64,000 bases of DNA from Candidatus Ozemobacteraceae bacterium. Lineage in GTDB: Bacteria > Muiribacteriota > Ozemobacteria > Ozemobacterales > Ozemobacteraceae. A program made the translations under genes and the position numbers. The stretch lies in the NCBI GenBank assembly GCA_965140445.1, contig OZ223236.1, positions 2,464,001 through 2,528,000 of the forward strand. Reading direction: 5' to 3'. Shown piece after piece: positions 1 through 9,463 of this stretch (the stretch's first letter is position 1; every line of letters starts with the position of its first letter). The notes under the pieces were generated by a model. That model was not told the origin of the DNA. It was given only the letters and a program-made list of their open reading frames with translations, and ran no database searches.

Positions 1-1186
1 TTTTGAATCTCTGAATAATAATATTCCCTGGAAAGATGGGGCAATAAAACCGGACAAACCAAATATATTTATTATTCAGGTTGAATCGCTCATGGCGGGA
101 TTTCTTGGGCAGAAAATCAACGGGGTTGAGGTTTTGCCAAATCTTACCCGATTGGCAAGTGAAGGAATTTATCTGGAAAATTTCTATTCACATGCTTTGG
201 CGACTTCAGATTCTGATTTCAGCACTTTGACCTCGTTATTGCCATTAGAGAAAAAAGTTGCTCATTTGAGCTGTTATAAGAATCACTTTATTTCACTTCC
301 CAATGTTCTTCACAAATATGATTATTTTTCACTGTATGGGAACGGCGCTCCAAAAGACTTCTGGAATTTCAATACCATGAACACTTCTTTGGGGTTTAAA
401 GAACAAATTTATAAAGAAAACCTGCTCTCTGGGAATATGGTCGGAGCATGGCTTAGTGATAAAGAGTTTTTGAGTCGCATGGTTGATAAAGTTAGAAGTT
501 TAAAAAAGCCTGTTTTTGCAATGTTTTTAACCAGTAGTTCTCACCATCCCTTTAATTTTAAGGAGCTTCCGCTGGTAATTTCCTCTCCTGATAACGATCC
601 ACTAAATGTTGAAAAAGCTCAATATGCTAATTCGATTAATTATGCTGATGCTGCAATTGGAGATTTCATTAAAAAGCTAAATGATATTGGGATTCTATCT
701 AATTCAATTGTAGTTATCTATGGCGATCACCCAATGATGTTGGCTTATCAAGGGAAAGAATTAAGAGAAAAATATGGTTCCCTTCCTTCCAGCGAAAAGG
801 TTATAAGATTTTTGAATTCCAGGGTTCCTTGTATAATCTATTCTCCAGGTTTGCTTGCTCCTCAGATAAATAGCAAATTTTGCGGTCAGATCGATATAGC
901 ACCTACAATTCTTTCACTATGTGGAGTTAAAAAGACAGACTTTTTTATTGGAAACTCTGTGTTTTCTGATTCTCCTGGGTTTGTAACTCATAAATTTTTC
1001 ATGGGTAGGACCGAAAAACAGCTTTTTTGGGGCCGGAAATGGGGTAAGAGTGGATTTGAAAACGTATATAGTCTACAAACCCTAAAGAGGGAAAATGCCC
1101 TACCTGATGTGGATCGGGCTTTCGATTTAGTTCGCCTTTCAGAATTGATACTTGAGTTTGATTTAGAGAAGCAAAGTAATTTTTAA
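1..1186 (+). CDS. LTA synthase (LtaS)-family / sulfatase-fold phosphoglycerol transferase, 5'-truncated by window edge
   Basis: Frame is open from position 2 (…KPNIIIIQVESLM…). Motifs NIIIIQVES, TSDSDF (Thr nucleophile), SSHHPF, YGDH, QIDIAPT. Confidence 0.85.
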   Translation, partial: FESLNNNIPWKDGAIKPDKPNIFIIQVESLMAGFLGQKINGVEVLPNLTRLASEGIYLENFYSHALATSDSDFSTLTSLLPLEKKVAHLSCYKNHFISLPNVLHKYDYFSLYGNGAPKDFWNFNTMNTSLGFKEQIYKENLLSGNMVGAWLSDKEFLSRMVDKVRSLKKPVFAMFLTSSSHHPFNFKELPLVISSPDNDPLNVEKAQYANSINYADAAIGDFIKKLNDIGILSNSIVVIYGDHPMMLAYQGKELREKYGSLPSSEKVIRFLNSRVPCIIYSPGLLAPQINSKFCGQIDIAPTILSLCGVKKTDFFIGNSVFSDSPGFVTHKFFMGRTEKQLFWGRKWGKSGFENVYSLQTLKRENALPDVDRAFDLVRLSELILEFDLEKQSNF

Positions 1187-1302
1187 CTCTGAAATAGTTT
1201 GGTAATAAGAGTCTGGAAAATAACTTGGCATAAATAGCCTGTTTTGTTTTAGAATTTTCTGGTATAAATATACCGTTAATAAAGGAAAAGGGGTGAAGAG
1301 AA

Positions 1303-2478
1303 ATGGTTCTTTTTAAGCGTCTCTGGTTAATAGCAATTGCTCTTTTAATGATTGCTCAACCCGCTATTTGGGCTTTAAAAGCATGCCCTGAGTGTGCAAA
1401 AACTTTTTCAGACGAAGTTAATTTTTGTCCCATCCATGGAAAAAAACTTGCAGTCGTTCCCCAGGAAGAGACTTTTAAAGTCAGGCTAAAAACCACACCT
1501 GATAAAGTGGGAATTAAACTTAACGATGAAAAGATTTTGTTAAAAGAAACCGAACTTAAATCAGGGCTTTGGCATTCATTCCATTTCTCTGCAGAGGGTC
1601 ATTTACCTCTTGATTTAGGAATTAGAAGAATTAATCCTTCTTTGATTGAAATGCGGGTAAATTTGCCAGAAAAGCCAATAGATCCAAAGCTCGTTAAAGC
1701 CAAAAAAATTGAAAATAAGGCTGACAACCGGGATCTTGATATGGTTGAAATAAAAGCTGGTACATATATGGTGGGTAATGACCATGGAAATCATGATGAA
1801 AGGCCAGTTAGAAGTGTTGAAACAAAAGCTTTCTGGGTTGATCGTTTTGAAGTTACTTGTGCTCAGTATCAAAGATTCCTGGATGATATTAGAAAAAATG
1901 GTCATAAATGGTGCCATCCAAGTGAATCGGATACTAAGGATCATACCCCTTATCATACTTATGCATGGGCTTTAAGATTTAGCTGGATTGGTGGAAACTT
2001 TCCCCGTGGAATGGAAAATGAGCCCGTTGTATTAGTGGATTGGTTTGATGCCTATGCTTATGCTAAATGGGCTGGGAAGAGACTTCCTACTGAAACAGAG
2101 TGGGAGATTGTTGCAAGAGGCGGAGATGGTCGGGAATATCCATGGGGAAGTACTTTTTCTGCAGATAAATGCAATGTTGGTGATAAGCCATTAGATGTTG
2201 GCTCTTTTCCTGACGGTGCTTCGCCCTGGGGAGTTTTAGATTTGGCAGGTAATGTTGCTGAATGGACATCTACTGCCTATGAGCCAGATCCAAAGGATAG
2301 TTTCGAGTTTCAGGGAAGATACGGACTTCCAATTATTAAAGGCGGAAGCTGGGATGATGTTTCTAAAGGATGCAGGTCATCAGCTAGAGACGTAAGGCGT
2401 TCCCCATATTACAGAAGTACAACGGTTGGATTTAGATGCGTTTCAGATGTTCCGCCGTGGGAGCTTCAAACAAAGTAA
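1303..2478 (+). CDS. Exported SUMF1/FGE-sulfatase-domain protein with N-terminal zinc ribbon
   Basis: Signal peptide; CPEC…CPIHG; FGE motifs EVT..QY, RLPTETEWE, YPWG, DLAGNVAEW, KGGSW, VGFRC. Confidence 0.85.
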   Translation: MVLFKRLWLIAIALLMIAQPAIWALKACPECAKTFSDEVNFCPIHGKKLAVVPQEETFKVRLKTTPDKVGIKLNDEKILLKETELKSGLWHSFHFSAEGHLPLDLGIRRINPSLIEMRVNLPEKPIDPKLVKAKKIENKADNRDLDMVEIKAGTYMVGNDHGNHDERPVRSVETKAFWVDRFEVTCAQYQRFLDDIRKNGHKWCHPSESDTKDHTPYHTYAWALRFSWIGGNFPRGMENEPVVLVDWFDAYAYAKWAGKRLPTETEWEIVARGGDGREYPWGSTFSADKCNVGDKPLDVGSFPDGASPWGVLDLAGNVAEWTSTAYEPDPKDSFEFQGRYGLPIIKGGSWDDVSKGCRSSARDVRRSPYYRSTTVGFRCVSDVPPWELQTK

Positions 2479-2521
2479 AAAAAAAACTCCCGACTCACAA
2501 ATGCGAGTCGGGAGTTTTTTT
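2479..2521. terminator. Bidirectional intrinsic terminator
   Basis: A-run-ACTCCCGACTC-loop-GAGTCGGGAGT-T-run between convergent genes. Confidence 0.85.
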
Positions 2522-2524
2522 ATT

Positions 2525-3727
2525 TTAGCCGACTATTTCAAGGGTATCTTCTGCGATTACCAATTCTTCATTAGTTGGGATTACAAGAACTTTTACTTTT
2601 GAATCTGGAGTAGTGATATCGCCTTCTGCGCCTCTCCAGGTTACTTCATTTTTATCAAGATCAAGTTTTATTCCAAACCAATCCATGTTCTTATGAACTA
2701 TGCTTCTTACTATTGGGCTGTTTTCTCCAACCCCGGCTGTCCATACAATTGCATCACAACCATTTAAAACTGCCATGTAAGAACCAATGTATTTTTTGAT
2801 TCGGTGAGAATAAACTTCTAAAGCAAGGTTAGCTCTTTCACTTTTATTTGGCCAATCTTCTTCTAAATCTCTTAGATCGCTTGAAATCTGGCTGATTCCA
2901 AGAACGCCAGAATGTTTATTCAGAAGATTATCCATTTCAGAAGCGGTAAGTTCATATTCTTTCATTATGTGAAGAATTAGAGCAGGATCCATGTCTCCGC
3001 ATCTTGTTCCCATTACGAGACCTTCAAGAGGAGTGTGACCCATTGAGGTGTCCACAGATTTACCTTTGTCAATTGCACAAACAGAGCCACCGTTTCCAAG
3101 GTGGACAGTAATAAGTTTTAGCTCATTTAAAGGTTTTCCAAGCATTTCGGCGGCACGTTTGGCAACGAATCTGTGACTGGTTCCATGGAATCCATATCTT
3201 CTGATTCGGTGTTTTTCGTAGAACATATATGGGAGTGCATAAATATATGCTTCTTCGCCCATTGTCTGATGAAATGCTGTGTCAAACACTGCTACTTGTT
3301 TTACATCTGGAAGAATTGCTTCTACAGCTTCAACGCCTTTTAAGTTTGGTGGATTATGAAGTGGAGCGAATACAATACAATCTCTAATTGCTTGTTTTAC
3401 TTCTTCTGTAATAAGAACGCTTTTTGCAAACTTATCTCCGCCATGAACTATTCTATGACCAACGGCTTCGATTTCATTCAAATTTCCAACAACGCCATTA
3501 TCTTTGCTTGCAATAAGTTCAAAAACCTTTTCAATGCCAACCTTGTGGTCTGGTACATCAAAATCAAAAACCTGTTTTTTGCCGTCGTTTCCTTTTCTAT
3601 AATCCAAGTTAGAACCAGCCATTCCAATTCTTTGAACGAGGCCTTTGCACATTACTTCTTTGGACCCCATGTCAAAAAGCTGATACTTCATTGATGATGA
3701 ACCACAATTTAATACAAGTATTTTCAT
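2525..3727 (-). CDS. ackA: Acetate kinase
   Basis: MKILVLNCGSSSMKYQ, GHRIVHGG, APLHNP, FDTAFH, YGFHGTSH, HLGNG, IPTNEE. Confidence 0.97.
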   Translation of the reverse strand: MKILVLNCGSSSMKYQLFDMGSKEVMCKGLVQRIGMAGSNLDYRKGNDGKKQVFDFDVPDHKVGIEKVFELIASKDNGVVGNLNEIEAVGHRIVHGGDKFAKSVLITEEVKQAIRDCIVFAPLHNPPNLKGVEAVEAILPDVKQVAVFDTAFHQTMGEEAYIYALPYMFYEKHRIRRYGFHGTSHRFVAKRAAEMLGKPLNELKLITVHLGNGGSVCAIDKGKSVDTSMGHTPLEGLVMGTRCGDMDPALILHIMKEYELTASEMDNLLNKHSGVLGISQISSDLRDLEEDWPNKSERANLALEVYSHRIKKYIGSYMAVLNGCDAIVWTAGVGENSPIVRSIVHKNMDWFGIKLDLDKNEVTWRGAEGDITTPDSKVKVLVIPTNEELVIAEDTLEIVG

Positions 3728-3741
3728 AATCTTTCTCCCAA

Positions 3742-4659
3742 TTATTTTCCGTAAGGCAAAGAAAGGTCTTCATTCTTCAAACTGGAGTTTGGAGCCCTGC
3801 TTCCGTCTTTTTCGTATGAGTAGAAACCTCTGTTAGATTTAACACCTAGATAACCGGCTCTTGCCATTTTCTTTAAAAGTTTGGCAGGAAGGTAACTCTG
3901 GTCAAATGTTTCTTTGTAGAGATTTTCCATGTAGAAAACAACATTATCAATTCCGATTCTATCTGCAAGGGTAAGAGGTCCAGCATTTAGCCCAAATCCC
4001 ATTTTCATTGCATCGTCAATTTGGTCACATGAAGCAATGCCTTCTTCAAATACTTTTACTGCCTGATTTATCATTGGAAGAGCGATTCTTGTTGTTACAA
4101 ATCCAGGGCAGTCATATACGGAAATAACTTTCTTTTGCATCATGCCGGCAAACCACAAAGCTGCTTTATAAGTTTCTTCGCTGGTAGCATTTCCTCGGGA
4201 AATTTCTACAAGAGGAACTTTTGGAATTGGGTTCTGAAAGTGCATGGCAATTGTTCTTTCAGGATGCTTACATTCAGAAGCTATATCTGTAATTGAAATT
4301 GTTGCTGAATTAGTAATTATAATTGTCTCAGCTGGACAAATTTCATCAAGCTCCTTAAAAAGCTGGATTTTGGCCTTCAACTTAGTTTTAATTGTTTCAA
4401 CAACAAATTGACCTTTTGCTGCTTCTTTAATATCGGTGGAGGTTTTAATTTTACCGAGAATAACTTTCTTTTCTCCGGCAGTAAGTCCCCATCTTGCTAT
4501 TTCAGCGTCAAGCGATAGTTCTATTCTTTCAAGCGCTTTTTCCAGTTTGTCAGCAAGTCTATCAATTAGAATAACTTGGCAACCAGAAGTTGCTACGGTT
4601 TGGGCTAATTCTCGGCCCATTGTAGCTGCGCCATATACCACAACTGTTTTTTGACTCAT
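3742..4659 (-). CDS. 3-hydroxyacyl-CoA (3-hydroxybutyryl-CoA) dehydrogenase family
   Basis: Start reassigned to MSQKTVVVYG (ATG 4659, GGGAG upstream). Rossmann GAATMG, MHFQNP, LVEI, GPLTLADRIG, GFYSY. Confidence 0.85.
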   Translation of the reverse strand: MSQKTVVVYGAATMGRELAQTVATSGCQVILIDRLADKLEKALERIELSLDAEIARWGLTAGEKKVILGKIKTSTDIKEAAKGQFVVETIKTKLKAKIQLFKELDEICPAETIIITNSATISITDIASECKHPERTIAMHFQNPIPKVPLVEISRGNATSEETYKAALWFAGMMQKKVISVYDCPGFVTTRIALPMINQAVKVFEEGIASCDQIDDAMKMGFGLNAGPLTLADRIGIDNVVFYMENLYKETFDQSYLPAKLLKKMARAGYLGVKSNRGFYSYEKDGSRAPNSSLKNEDLSLPYGK

Positions 4660-4720
4660 ATCTAGTTTCTCCCAGGATTTAATATCGAACAGTGTACCCT
4701 TTTTTGTTCTGAAACCAGCT

Positions 4721-4749
4721 AGAATAGCAGTCCAGAAAAGGTGTGTCAA
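4721..4749 (-). promoter_or_regulatory. sigma70-type promoter for hbd-ackA
   Basis: TTGACA-17 nt-TATTCT with extended -10 TG on the minus strand. Confidence 0.65.
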
Positions 4750-4760
4750 GTTTTGAAAAT

Positions 4761-4797
4761 AAAAAAAGAGGAGCAGCCGTTAAGTTGCTCCTCTTTT
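4761..4797 (-). terminator. Intrinsic terminator after PAD gene
   Basis: AAAAGAGGAGCA…TGCTCCTCTTTT hairpin, with a U-tract on the minus strand. Confidence 0.8.
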
Positions 4798-4808
4798 GAT
4801 CTTAAAAT

Positions 4809-6158
4809 CTATTCGTTATGGATCTTTTTGAATCTTTCTTTTACTGCTCTGACAGCTTCAACTTGCTGTCTGGTAACAATTGTTCTGACTGGATCTCTAA
4901 GGGCATTAGTTCCACAATGAATTTCACCCATAGCACTATGGTATGGAGTGTCATCTACGAAATGAACTTTATTACCCTGGGCTCTGAGTCTTTCTTCAAT
5001 AGCCTGATCAAACGCAGGAATATGACAGGCAGGAACAATTAAATGATCTCGAACAACCAGAAGGTTTACAACTCCTGGAAGGAAAGCATGGCAGCTTCTT
5101 GGATTTGAAGGATTGCGACCTTCAAATAATGCTGGCCAATAAACTTCTTCGATATCTCTGGAAGGATCCTTAGCTGTTTTTCTGATGAAATCTTTTAACT
5201 TTCCAACGTTTTCTTCGATAATATCGTTAATTTTTCTATTCAAAGCGATGAATTCAGCTTCTTCACTATTTTTATCAAAATCTGGCTCTTTCATTTGTTT
5301 GCCAAGAACCTTTTTTACTCTGAGAAGGAATTCTCTATCATAGCGATCAACTTTATCAAATTCTGATTCTGGGAGATTCATAATCATTTCAAGAGCAAAA
5401 CCAGGGTCAGCTCTTACAATTGTGTATCCACCAGGAGCATGCGGAGTAGGAATAAAGCTAAGATATTCATCAATATGCCCTACTTGGAGCCATTTGGTTG
5501 CTGGAGTAAAAATTCTGCCAGCATAACCATTTTTTTCTAGATAAGCTTTGCAAGGACCTGTAATAGTATCACCAGCAACAAGAATATCGTCAAATGGAGT
5601 TACTTCAAGATTTCCGCCGTAATCTCCGTGATCCTGGTAAGTTGAAGGATTTTCAAAATAAACCATATCCCACATTTTCGCCAGAACGCCAGGGAGTCTA
5701 TCTAAGCCTCTTCCACGTTTTGAATTGAAAACTGCAGGTACAAGTTCACCAGTAGATTTTACCTGTGCAGAACAAATTTCCATACAATCCTGCATCCATA
5801 TGTCGCTGGATCTGAATTCGGTATTTACTTCAACGTATTTTTCTGCGTCTTCTTTGGAAATTCCCAGGCTGGAAATAGGATTGCCACTGCTAGGAATAAT
5901 ATGAAGCTTTACAACGTCATCACCTGAAAGCATGTCGCTTTCATTAATCTCTTTGATTACATTGAAAAGATCTTTTACAAATCTTGCTGTGTTGTATGCG
6001 TGTACAACTAGAATTTTCTTGGGAACGTGATTGTTGTTTACAAGCTTTATTCTGGCAACATCACTCATCGGTGGAGCGGCAAAAAGTGCGCTACTGCTAA
6101 CCAATGCCAAGAGACAACAAAAAACCGTGGATTTCAAAAATAAACCCCTGAACTTCAT
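4809..6158 (-). CDS. Secreted protein-arginine deiminase (PAD catalytic domain, PF03068-type)
   Basis: Start MKFRG (GGAGG RBS); signal peptide; motifs DIWMQD, GGNLEVTP, WLQVGHIDE, GEIHCGTN. Confidence 0.85.
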   Translation of the reverse strand: MKFRGLFLKSTVFCCLLALVSSSALFAAPPMSDVARIKLVNNNHVPKKILVVHAYNTARFVKDLFNVIKEINESDMLSGDDVVKLHIIPSSGNPISSLGISKEDAEKYVEVNTEFRSSDIWMQDCMEICSAQVKSTGELVPAVFNSKRGRGLDRLPGVLAKMWDMVYFENPSTYQDHGDYGGNLEVTPFDDILVAGDTITGPCKAYLEKNGYAGRIFTPATKWLQVGHIDEYLSFIPTPHAPGGYTIVRADPGFALEMIMNLPESEFDKVDRYDREFLLRVKKVLGKQMKEPDFDKNSEEAEFIALNRKINDIIEENVGKLKDFIRKTAKDPSRDIEEVYWPALFEGRNPSNPRSCHAFLPGVVNLLVVRDHLIVPACHIPAFDQAIEERLRAQGNKVHFVDDTPYHSAMGEIHCGTNALRDPVRTIVTRQQVEAVRAVKERFKKIHNE

Positions 6159-6246
6159 TCTTCCTCCTTGTATGCCCTGCAAATAATAGATACTAAATAA
6201 GGCACCATTTTTGAATTATAACAACTAAATCCAACCTTGCCAATGG

Positions 6247-7755
6247 TTAATCAATAAAAGATTGAAGGTTTAATGTTTCTTTGTCTTCCTGCAATTTTTG
6301 CAGAGCATTTCTAAGCAATTGCCTTACCCGTTCTCTGGAAAGATTCAGCTCTCTTCCAATTTCTGCCAGGTTCTTTTCTTCTTCCGTAAAGCCATAAAAG
6401 TTCTCAATTATGTACCGTAGCCTCTCTGGCAATCTTGATATCGCAGCTCTAACAGAATCTCCCTTTTCTTTTTCTATTGCTACTTCTTCTGGAGAAAGGT
6501 TCTTTTTGTCAGAAAGGTAATACTCTAAGGTGTCATCATCCTCACCAGTTCCCATTTTTGCATGAATTGAAATTGGAGCTTGGGTAATCTTAATAACGCT
6601 AAGAATTTTTTCTTCACTAATTTGTAATGTACGCGAAAGCTCTGTAAGAGTAGGAGACCGGAAAAACTGGTATTCATATTCCTGAATTTTTTTCTTAATC
6701 TTGTTGGCAACAGTTAATAGATGATGAGGGATTTTTATTGTCGTACCCTGAGAAGCTGTTGCTTTTTGCATATAATATCTAACCCAATAAGCGGCATAAG
6801 TAGAAAACCGGTAGCCAAGGGTGTGGTCAAATTTTGCGATGGCTTTAATTAAGCCTATGTTTCCTTCCTGAATTAAATCCATGAGCCCGAGACCGCTGCC
6901 GGAAAACTTCTTAGCTACTCTGATAACCAGTTTCAAGTTGGCTAATAAAAACAACTCACTGGCCTCGCTATCTCCAGCTATTTTTTTTGCTAACTCAATT
7001 TCTTCATTACGTGAAAGTGGTTTCTTAGAAAGTTCATTCAGATATATCTCAACCAGAGTATTTTTCTTTATACGGTCAGATTGTTCAACCTTGATTTTTC
7101 TTTTTTCCAGGATGTCTTGAAACAATGGTTCAGAAAGAATTCCAATCTCCCAACCCCTTTTATAAAAACAGGTTTCACATTTTCGATCTCCACAAGTGAA
7201 CTTTTCTTTTTCTTCTGGGGTTTTTCTAGCAAAGAACTTAAAACATTGAATAATCTGTCTTCGCCTGACAATACAATTTGGGTTCGGACAGGTTAAAATT
7301 TCATGGCAAAAGCGCATTCCAGGTTGCCCAATTTTCTCTTCATCATCATCAATGTTTAATTGAGCTTCATCAGATATAATCCTGGTTTTTTCATTTTTAG
7401 GCTCTGCTTGATTTTGTGAGGGCGAAACTAATTCTGGAGTCAGGGAATCTGCATCCAGTTGTTTTTTACTCACATTAGGGGCAAAAGGTTGATCATTTTC
7501 CTGAGAAATAGAATTTAAATCCGGGGTTATACTTTCTGGTGTTGGGTCTGGAGTTTCAGGAAATAGACTTTCCCCAATTAATCCGATTTCCCAACCGAGT
7601 TTATAGTTACAACTTTCGCAAGGAGCCCATGGACAATCGTCAATAGTAACTTCTCTGCCTAAAAGTCTTTGAAGAAATTCCCAGCACCTTTTAACCTGGT
7701 TTCTTTGAACCGGGCAATCATACTTGGTACATTTTTGGGCTTCATAACAATACAT
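6247..7755 (-). CDS. RpoD/RpoS-like sigma70 factor with two N-terminal Cys-rich repeats
   Basis: Region 1.2 YLNELSKKPLSRNEEIELA; region 2 NLKLVIRVAKKF…DLIQEGNIGLIKAIAKFD…RFSTYAAYW; region 4 LAEIGRELNLSRERVRQ. Confidence 0.9.
   Translation of the reverse strand: MYCYEAQKCTKYDCPVQRNQVKRCWEFLQRLLGREVTIDDCPWAPCESCNYKLGWEIGLIGESLFPETPDPTPESITPDLNSISQENDQPFAPNVSKKQLDADSLTPELVSPSQNQAEPKNEKTRIISDEAQLNIDDDEEKIGQPGMRFCHEILTCPNPNCIVRRRQIIQCFKFFARKTPEEKEKFTCGDRKCETCFYKRGWEIGILSEPLFQDILEKRKIKVEQSDRIKKNTLVEIYLNELSKKPLSRNEEIELAKKIAGDSEASELFLLANLKLVIRVAKKFSGSGLGLMDLIQEGNIGLIKAIAKFDHTLGYRFSTYAAYWVRYYMQKATASQGTTIKIPHHLLTVANKIKKKIQEYEYQFFRSPTLTELSRTLQISEEKILSVIKITQAPISIHAKMGTGEDDDTLEYYLSDKKNLSPEEVAIEKEKGDSVRAAISRLPERLRYIIENFYGFTEEEKNLAEIGRELNLSRERVRQLLRNALQKLQEDKETLNLQSFID
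7120..7755 (-). repeat. Two copies of a ~65-aa 7-Cys domain (aa 1-65, nt 7561-7755; aa 147-212, nt 7120-7317)
   Basis: Both copies read C-x5-C-x4-C-x9-C-x16-C-x4-C-x2-C-x-YK-x-GWEIG-xx-x-E-x-LF. Confidence 0.9.
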
Positions 7756-7769
7756 CTAGTAAAACAATC

Positions 7770-8696
7770 TCACTTAAAGGCTTCTTTTGGCAAAAGATAA
7801 ATTCCAAAAAGTATTAGCAATGTGCCAACTATACCATAGTGGGTAAGAGTTTCACCCATAAAAGCCCAGCCAATAATAATACCTCCAACTGGTTGAGCAT
7901 TTAAAGTAACGGCCATCGCGCCTGCATCAGTGCTTTTCAAAATTAAATTCCATAAACCAAAGGCAAGCGCATTACATATTACTCCAAGAAAAATAACTGA
8001 AAGAAGTGCATTTCGATCAAATTCCAGTGGCCAAAGTTGTGATAGCTCCAATGCTACAATCGGCAAAAGAATCGCGGCACCTATGAAGAAACCATATGAA
8101 GTCGATCTAATTGCACCCAGTTTATTTGTAACAGGCTTCATCAATATAGAATATAGCGCACACAACAAAATTGCGAAAATAACAAGTATATCTCCTAATA
8201 GTTCTCCTGATCCTGAAAGTTCAAGGTAAAGTTGGCTAATTGATTTCCCGCCAACCAGAAGAACCCCGGCACCAACTATGGAGACTGCCATTGCGATTAC
8301 TGTTCTATTTCTTAGTGGTTCTTTTAGAATAATTGCAGCAAGCAAAATGGTGAAAATTGGCTCAAGAGATGCTGCAATTGCAGTCTTTGTAGAGGATGTC
8401 ATCTGAAGACCAAGGTTTAAAACCGCATAAGCTATTGCAACTCCAAAGGCCCCGATTACAAATAAATCTTTCCAGTCTTTTTTTCCAAGGGGGTGTTTAT
8501 TGTTTGTTGGAAGCAGTAAAAGAAAAAAGCCTCCAATTAAAAAACGCAAAAAGGCCAGAGTGGTCGGAGGAACTACATCCATGGCAAATTTTATTGCAGC
8601 ATAAGATCCGCCCCAGCAAAGGTTTATTAAAATTAAAATAACAAATGCTAATCTAGGTGAAAAGGTGGGCTGGGTATTTTGGGGGACAGACTTCAT
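7770..8696 (-). CDS. DMT/EamA family transporter
   Basis: About 10 TM helices, WGGSY..IK, duplicated EamA halves, LKEPL and MGETLT. Confidence 0.9.
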   Translation of the reverse strand: MKSVPQNTQPTFSPRLAFVILILINLCWGGSYAAIKFAMDVVPPTTLAFLRFLIGGFFLLLLPTNNKHPLGKKDWKDLFVIGAFGVAIAYAVLNLGLQMTSSTKTAIAASLEPIFTILLAAIILKEPLRNRTVIAMAVSIVGAGVLLVGGKSISQLYLELSGSGELLGDILVIFAILLCALYSILMKPVTNKLGAIRSTSYGFFIGAAILLPIVALELSQLWPLEFDRNALLSVIFLGVICNALAFGLWNLILKSTDAGAMAVTLNAQPVGGIIIGWAFMGETLTHYGIVGTLLILFGIYLLPKEAFK

Positions 8697-9463
8697 GAAG
8701 CAATTACGCTTTTGGCCTCTTGTTCCTCTTCTGTTATTTTCAAGAAAACCGATTCAAGATCATTTCCGGGGAGTTTTGCTTTTTCCTGAAGTTCAGACAT
8801 ATTTCCAAGAGCCACAATTTCGCCTTGTCTAATTATCGCTATTCGATCACATAAATCCTGGGCTACAGAGAGGGTGTGAGTTGTTAGAAAAACAGTTTTA
8901 CCTCTGTTTGTAAGCTCTTTAAAAAAATTCTTTGCCAACCTGACGCTTTTGGGATCCAGGCCTACAGTTGGCTCATCTACAACAAAAACATCAGGATCAT
9001 GAAGGGTTGCTGCGCTCATAGCAACTTTTTGCTTCATTCCATGAGAAAAACTTTCTATAAGCTCATTTCTTCTTTCCCACAAACTGAATAATTCAAGCAT
9101 TTCTTTGCCTTTTTCCTGAATCGTATTTTCAGGAACATTATAAAGTCCACCCATAAATTCAAAATATTCGAGCGGGGTTAATTTTTCATAAAGATAAGGG
9201 CGGTCAGGAACAAAACCAAGCAAAGATTTTGCTTTTTCCGGTTGAAGATTGAGGTCAAAGCCTGAAATGGAAACTTTCCCGGAGGTTTGCTTAATAATTC
9301 CAGTAAGAATGCGAATCAATGTTGTTTTACCAGCACCATTAGGGCCAAGAAAACCAAAGAGTTCACCTTTTGAAATATTTAAATTTATCCCTTTAAGTGC
9401 TGAAAAATCTCCATATTTTTTTACTATATTTTCAAATTCAATAATAAAGTTATTCTGGTTCAT
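8693..9463 (-). CDS. ABC transporter ATP-binding protein (ABC-2 exporter type)
   Basis: GPNGAGKT, FSHGMKQK, VVDEPT, H-loop TTH. Confidence 0.95.
   Translation of the reverse strand: MNQNNFIIEFENIVKKYGDFSALKGINLNISKGELFGFLGPNGAGKTTLIRILTGIIKQTSGKVSISGFDLNLQPEKAKSLLGFVPDRPYLYEKLTPLEYFEFMGGLYNVPENTIQEKGKEMLELFSLWERRNELIESFSHGMKQKVAMSAATLHDPDVFVVDEPTVGLDPKSVRLAKNFFKELTNRGKTVFLTTHTLSVAQDLCDRIAIIRQGEIVALGNMSELQEKAKLPGNDLESVFLKITEEEQEAKSVIAS

Noticed and set aside
1..2478. Sulfatase + formylglycine-generating enzyme maturation pair
   Set aside because: The first protein is LtaS-like with a Thr nucleophile and no CxPxR. The FGE-fold protein lacks the catalytic Cys pair and is exported.
4809..6158. 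Agmatine deiminase/PPAD
   Set aside because: Motifs WMQD, VGHIDE and GEIHCGTN fit the PAD family rather than the W.RD…GGxxHC type.
6247..7755. Primary housekeeping RpoD
   Set aside because: Region 2.4 is diverged (YWVRYYMQKA vs WWIRQAITRA), there is no region 1.1, and it is not beside dnaG.
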